Of a stretch of DNA of 64,000 nt, positions 63,846-64,000 are shown in pieces. Within the stretch, counting starts at the first letter, position 1. Each line of letters starts with the position of its first letter. The stretch is from Eledone cirrhosa. Lineage: Eukaryota. The stretch spans positions 321,222,001-321,286,000 of the forward strand of contig OZ024743.1 of the NCBI GenBank assembly GCA_964016885.1, written 5' to 3'. The notes under the pieces were generated by a model. It did not search any database. It was not told the origin of the DNA and worked only from the letters and a program-made list of their open reading frames with translations. The translations under genes and the position numbers were made by a program.

Positions 63846-64000
63846 TAAAAATTCACTCATCAAACAGATACTCTATCCCACAAGAGGTAACAAATTCATG
63901 ACTTTGTTGTAGTCATCACTTCACAACCTTAATCTCATATGTATGTCATTTCATGTATATACTTCTTGAATTGTAAGTTTGTCTTCTGTTGTAAATTTGT

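Larger units (their letters stand above)
48874..64000 (+). repeat. Tandem segmental duplication, unit ~7.6 kb (copy 1 ~48874-56525; copy 2 ~56526 to beyond the window end)
   Basis: Identical or near-identical ORF pairs at offsets 7644 (49988/57632), 7596 (52248/59844) and 7575 (54012/61587); scattered substitutions and small indels. Confidence 0.97.

Overview
AT-rich, repeat-dense eukaryotic DNA, most likely from an octopus or other cephalopod (inferred from the SINE and LINE content; not verified). The only host gene I can support is a + strand multi-exon gene for a tandem MAM-domain protein. Four internal exons (22322-22663, 33515-33673, 42489-42851, 45980-46078) have canonical AG/GT ends, are all phase 1-1 and splice into one open frame; the start and stop lie outside the window. 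The rest appears to be intron. It contains a >=21 kb 38-bp satellite with kb-scale higher-order structure that runs into a decayed SINE, a 62-bp minisatellite, and many tRNA-derived SINEs. It also holds decayed non-LTR retrotransposons (R4/Dong-like, CRE-like, several RTE families, one with a PHD-like finger in ORF2), Penelope-like elements (one beside a hammerhead-like core), a non-autonomous Helitron and a ~7.6 kb tandem segmental duplication. Most ORFs in the supplied track are artefacts of repeats or dead-element fragments. I see no prokaryote-type system such as CRISPR. All alignments and counts were done by eye; family names come from recalled motifs, not database searches.
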